A stretch of 63,195 bases of DNA, the filler included, from Reticulomyxa filosa (lineage: Eukaryota > Protista > Foraminifera): NCBI GenBank assembly GCA_000512085.1. It is 14 parts of 14 records of this genome, joined end to end, with 100 filler letters (N's around TTAATTAATTAA, not from the genome) between each part and the next. Parts side by side here need not be neighbours in the genome. Positions count along the whole stretch, not along the records: positions 61,831 to 63,195 come from ASPP01020825.1; 13 more parts are not named here. The stretch is one strand, 5' to 3'. This document shows positions 63,165-63,195 of this stretch, piece after piece (within the stretch, counting starts at the first letter, position 1; every line of letters starts with the position of its first letter). The notes under the pieces were generated by a model. That model saw only the letters and a program-made list of their open reading frames with translations. It was not told where the DNA came from and made no database searches. The position numbers were made by a program, and so were the translations under genes.

Positions 63165-63195
<31 letters not shown>

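Overview
This window is not one locus. It is 14 unrelated contigs joined by 13 identical 100-nt artificial linkers (N44-TTAATTAATTAA-N44). Eleven contigs are AT-rich, intron-containing eukaryotic DNA. My inference is a foraminiferan such as Reticulomyxa filosa, based on the 'I.HWIRI..IK.GWI.[DE]F.KL...Y' WD40 family, the N/D-rich insertions and the many pseudogenes. These contigs carry TAF5, alpha-COP, a Rad6/Ubc2 E2, CWC22, an acyl-CoA dehydrogenase with a PTS1-like end, an LRMDA-like LRR protein, RCC1-, RPEL-, BACK- and MLLE-domain proteins, an RluA-family pseudouridine synthase, an amidohydrolase, pseudogenes (P4-ATPase, MutL, WD40, LINE) and two inverted-repeat elements. Three GC-richer contigs are bacterial (IOR with a LiuR-like box; rsbR-rsbS; rsmH-ftsL-ftsI), most likely co-sequenced bacteria. 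Single-base deletions interrupt both eukaryotic and bacterial genes, which points to sequencing error. The best leads are: (1) a spliced chromodomain + class I SAM-methyltransferase fusion; (2) two convergent, atypical (Arg->Cys) ADP-ribosyltransferase-like paralogs flanking a WD40 gene; (3) a short F-box-like helical motif shared by the WD40 and RCC1 proteins; (4) GTT-rich donors and A-rich acceptors in the introns. All exon models were derived by eye and no searches were run.
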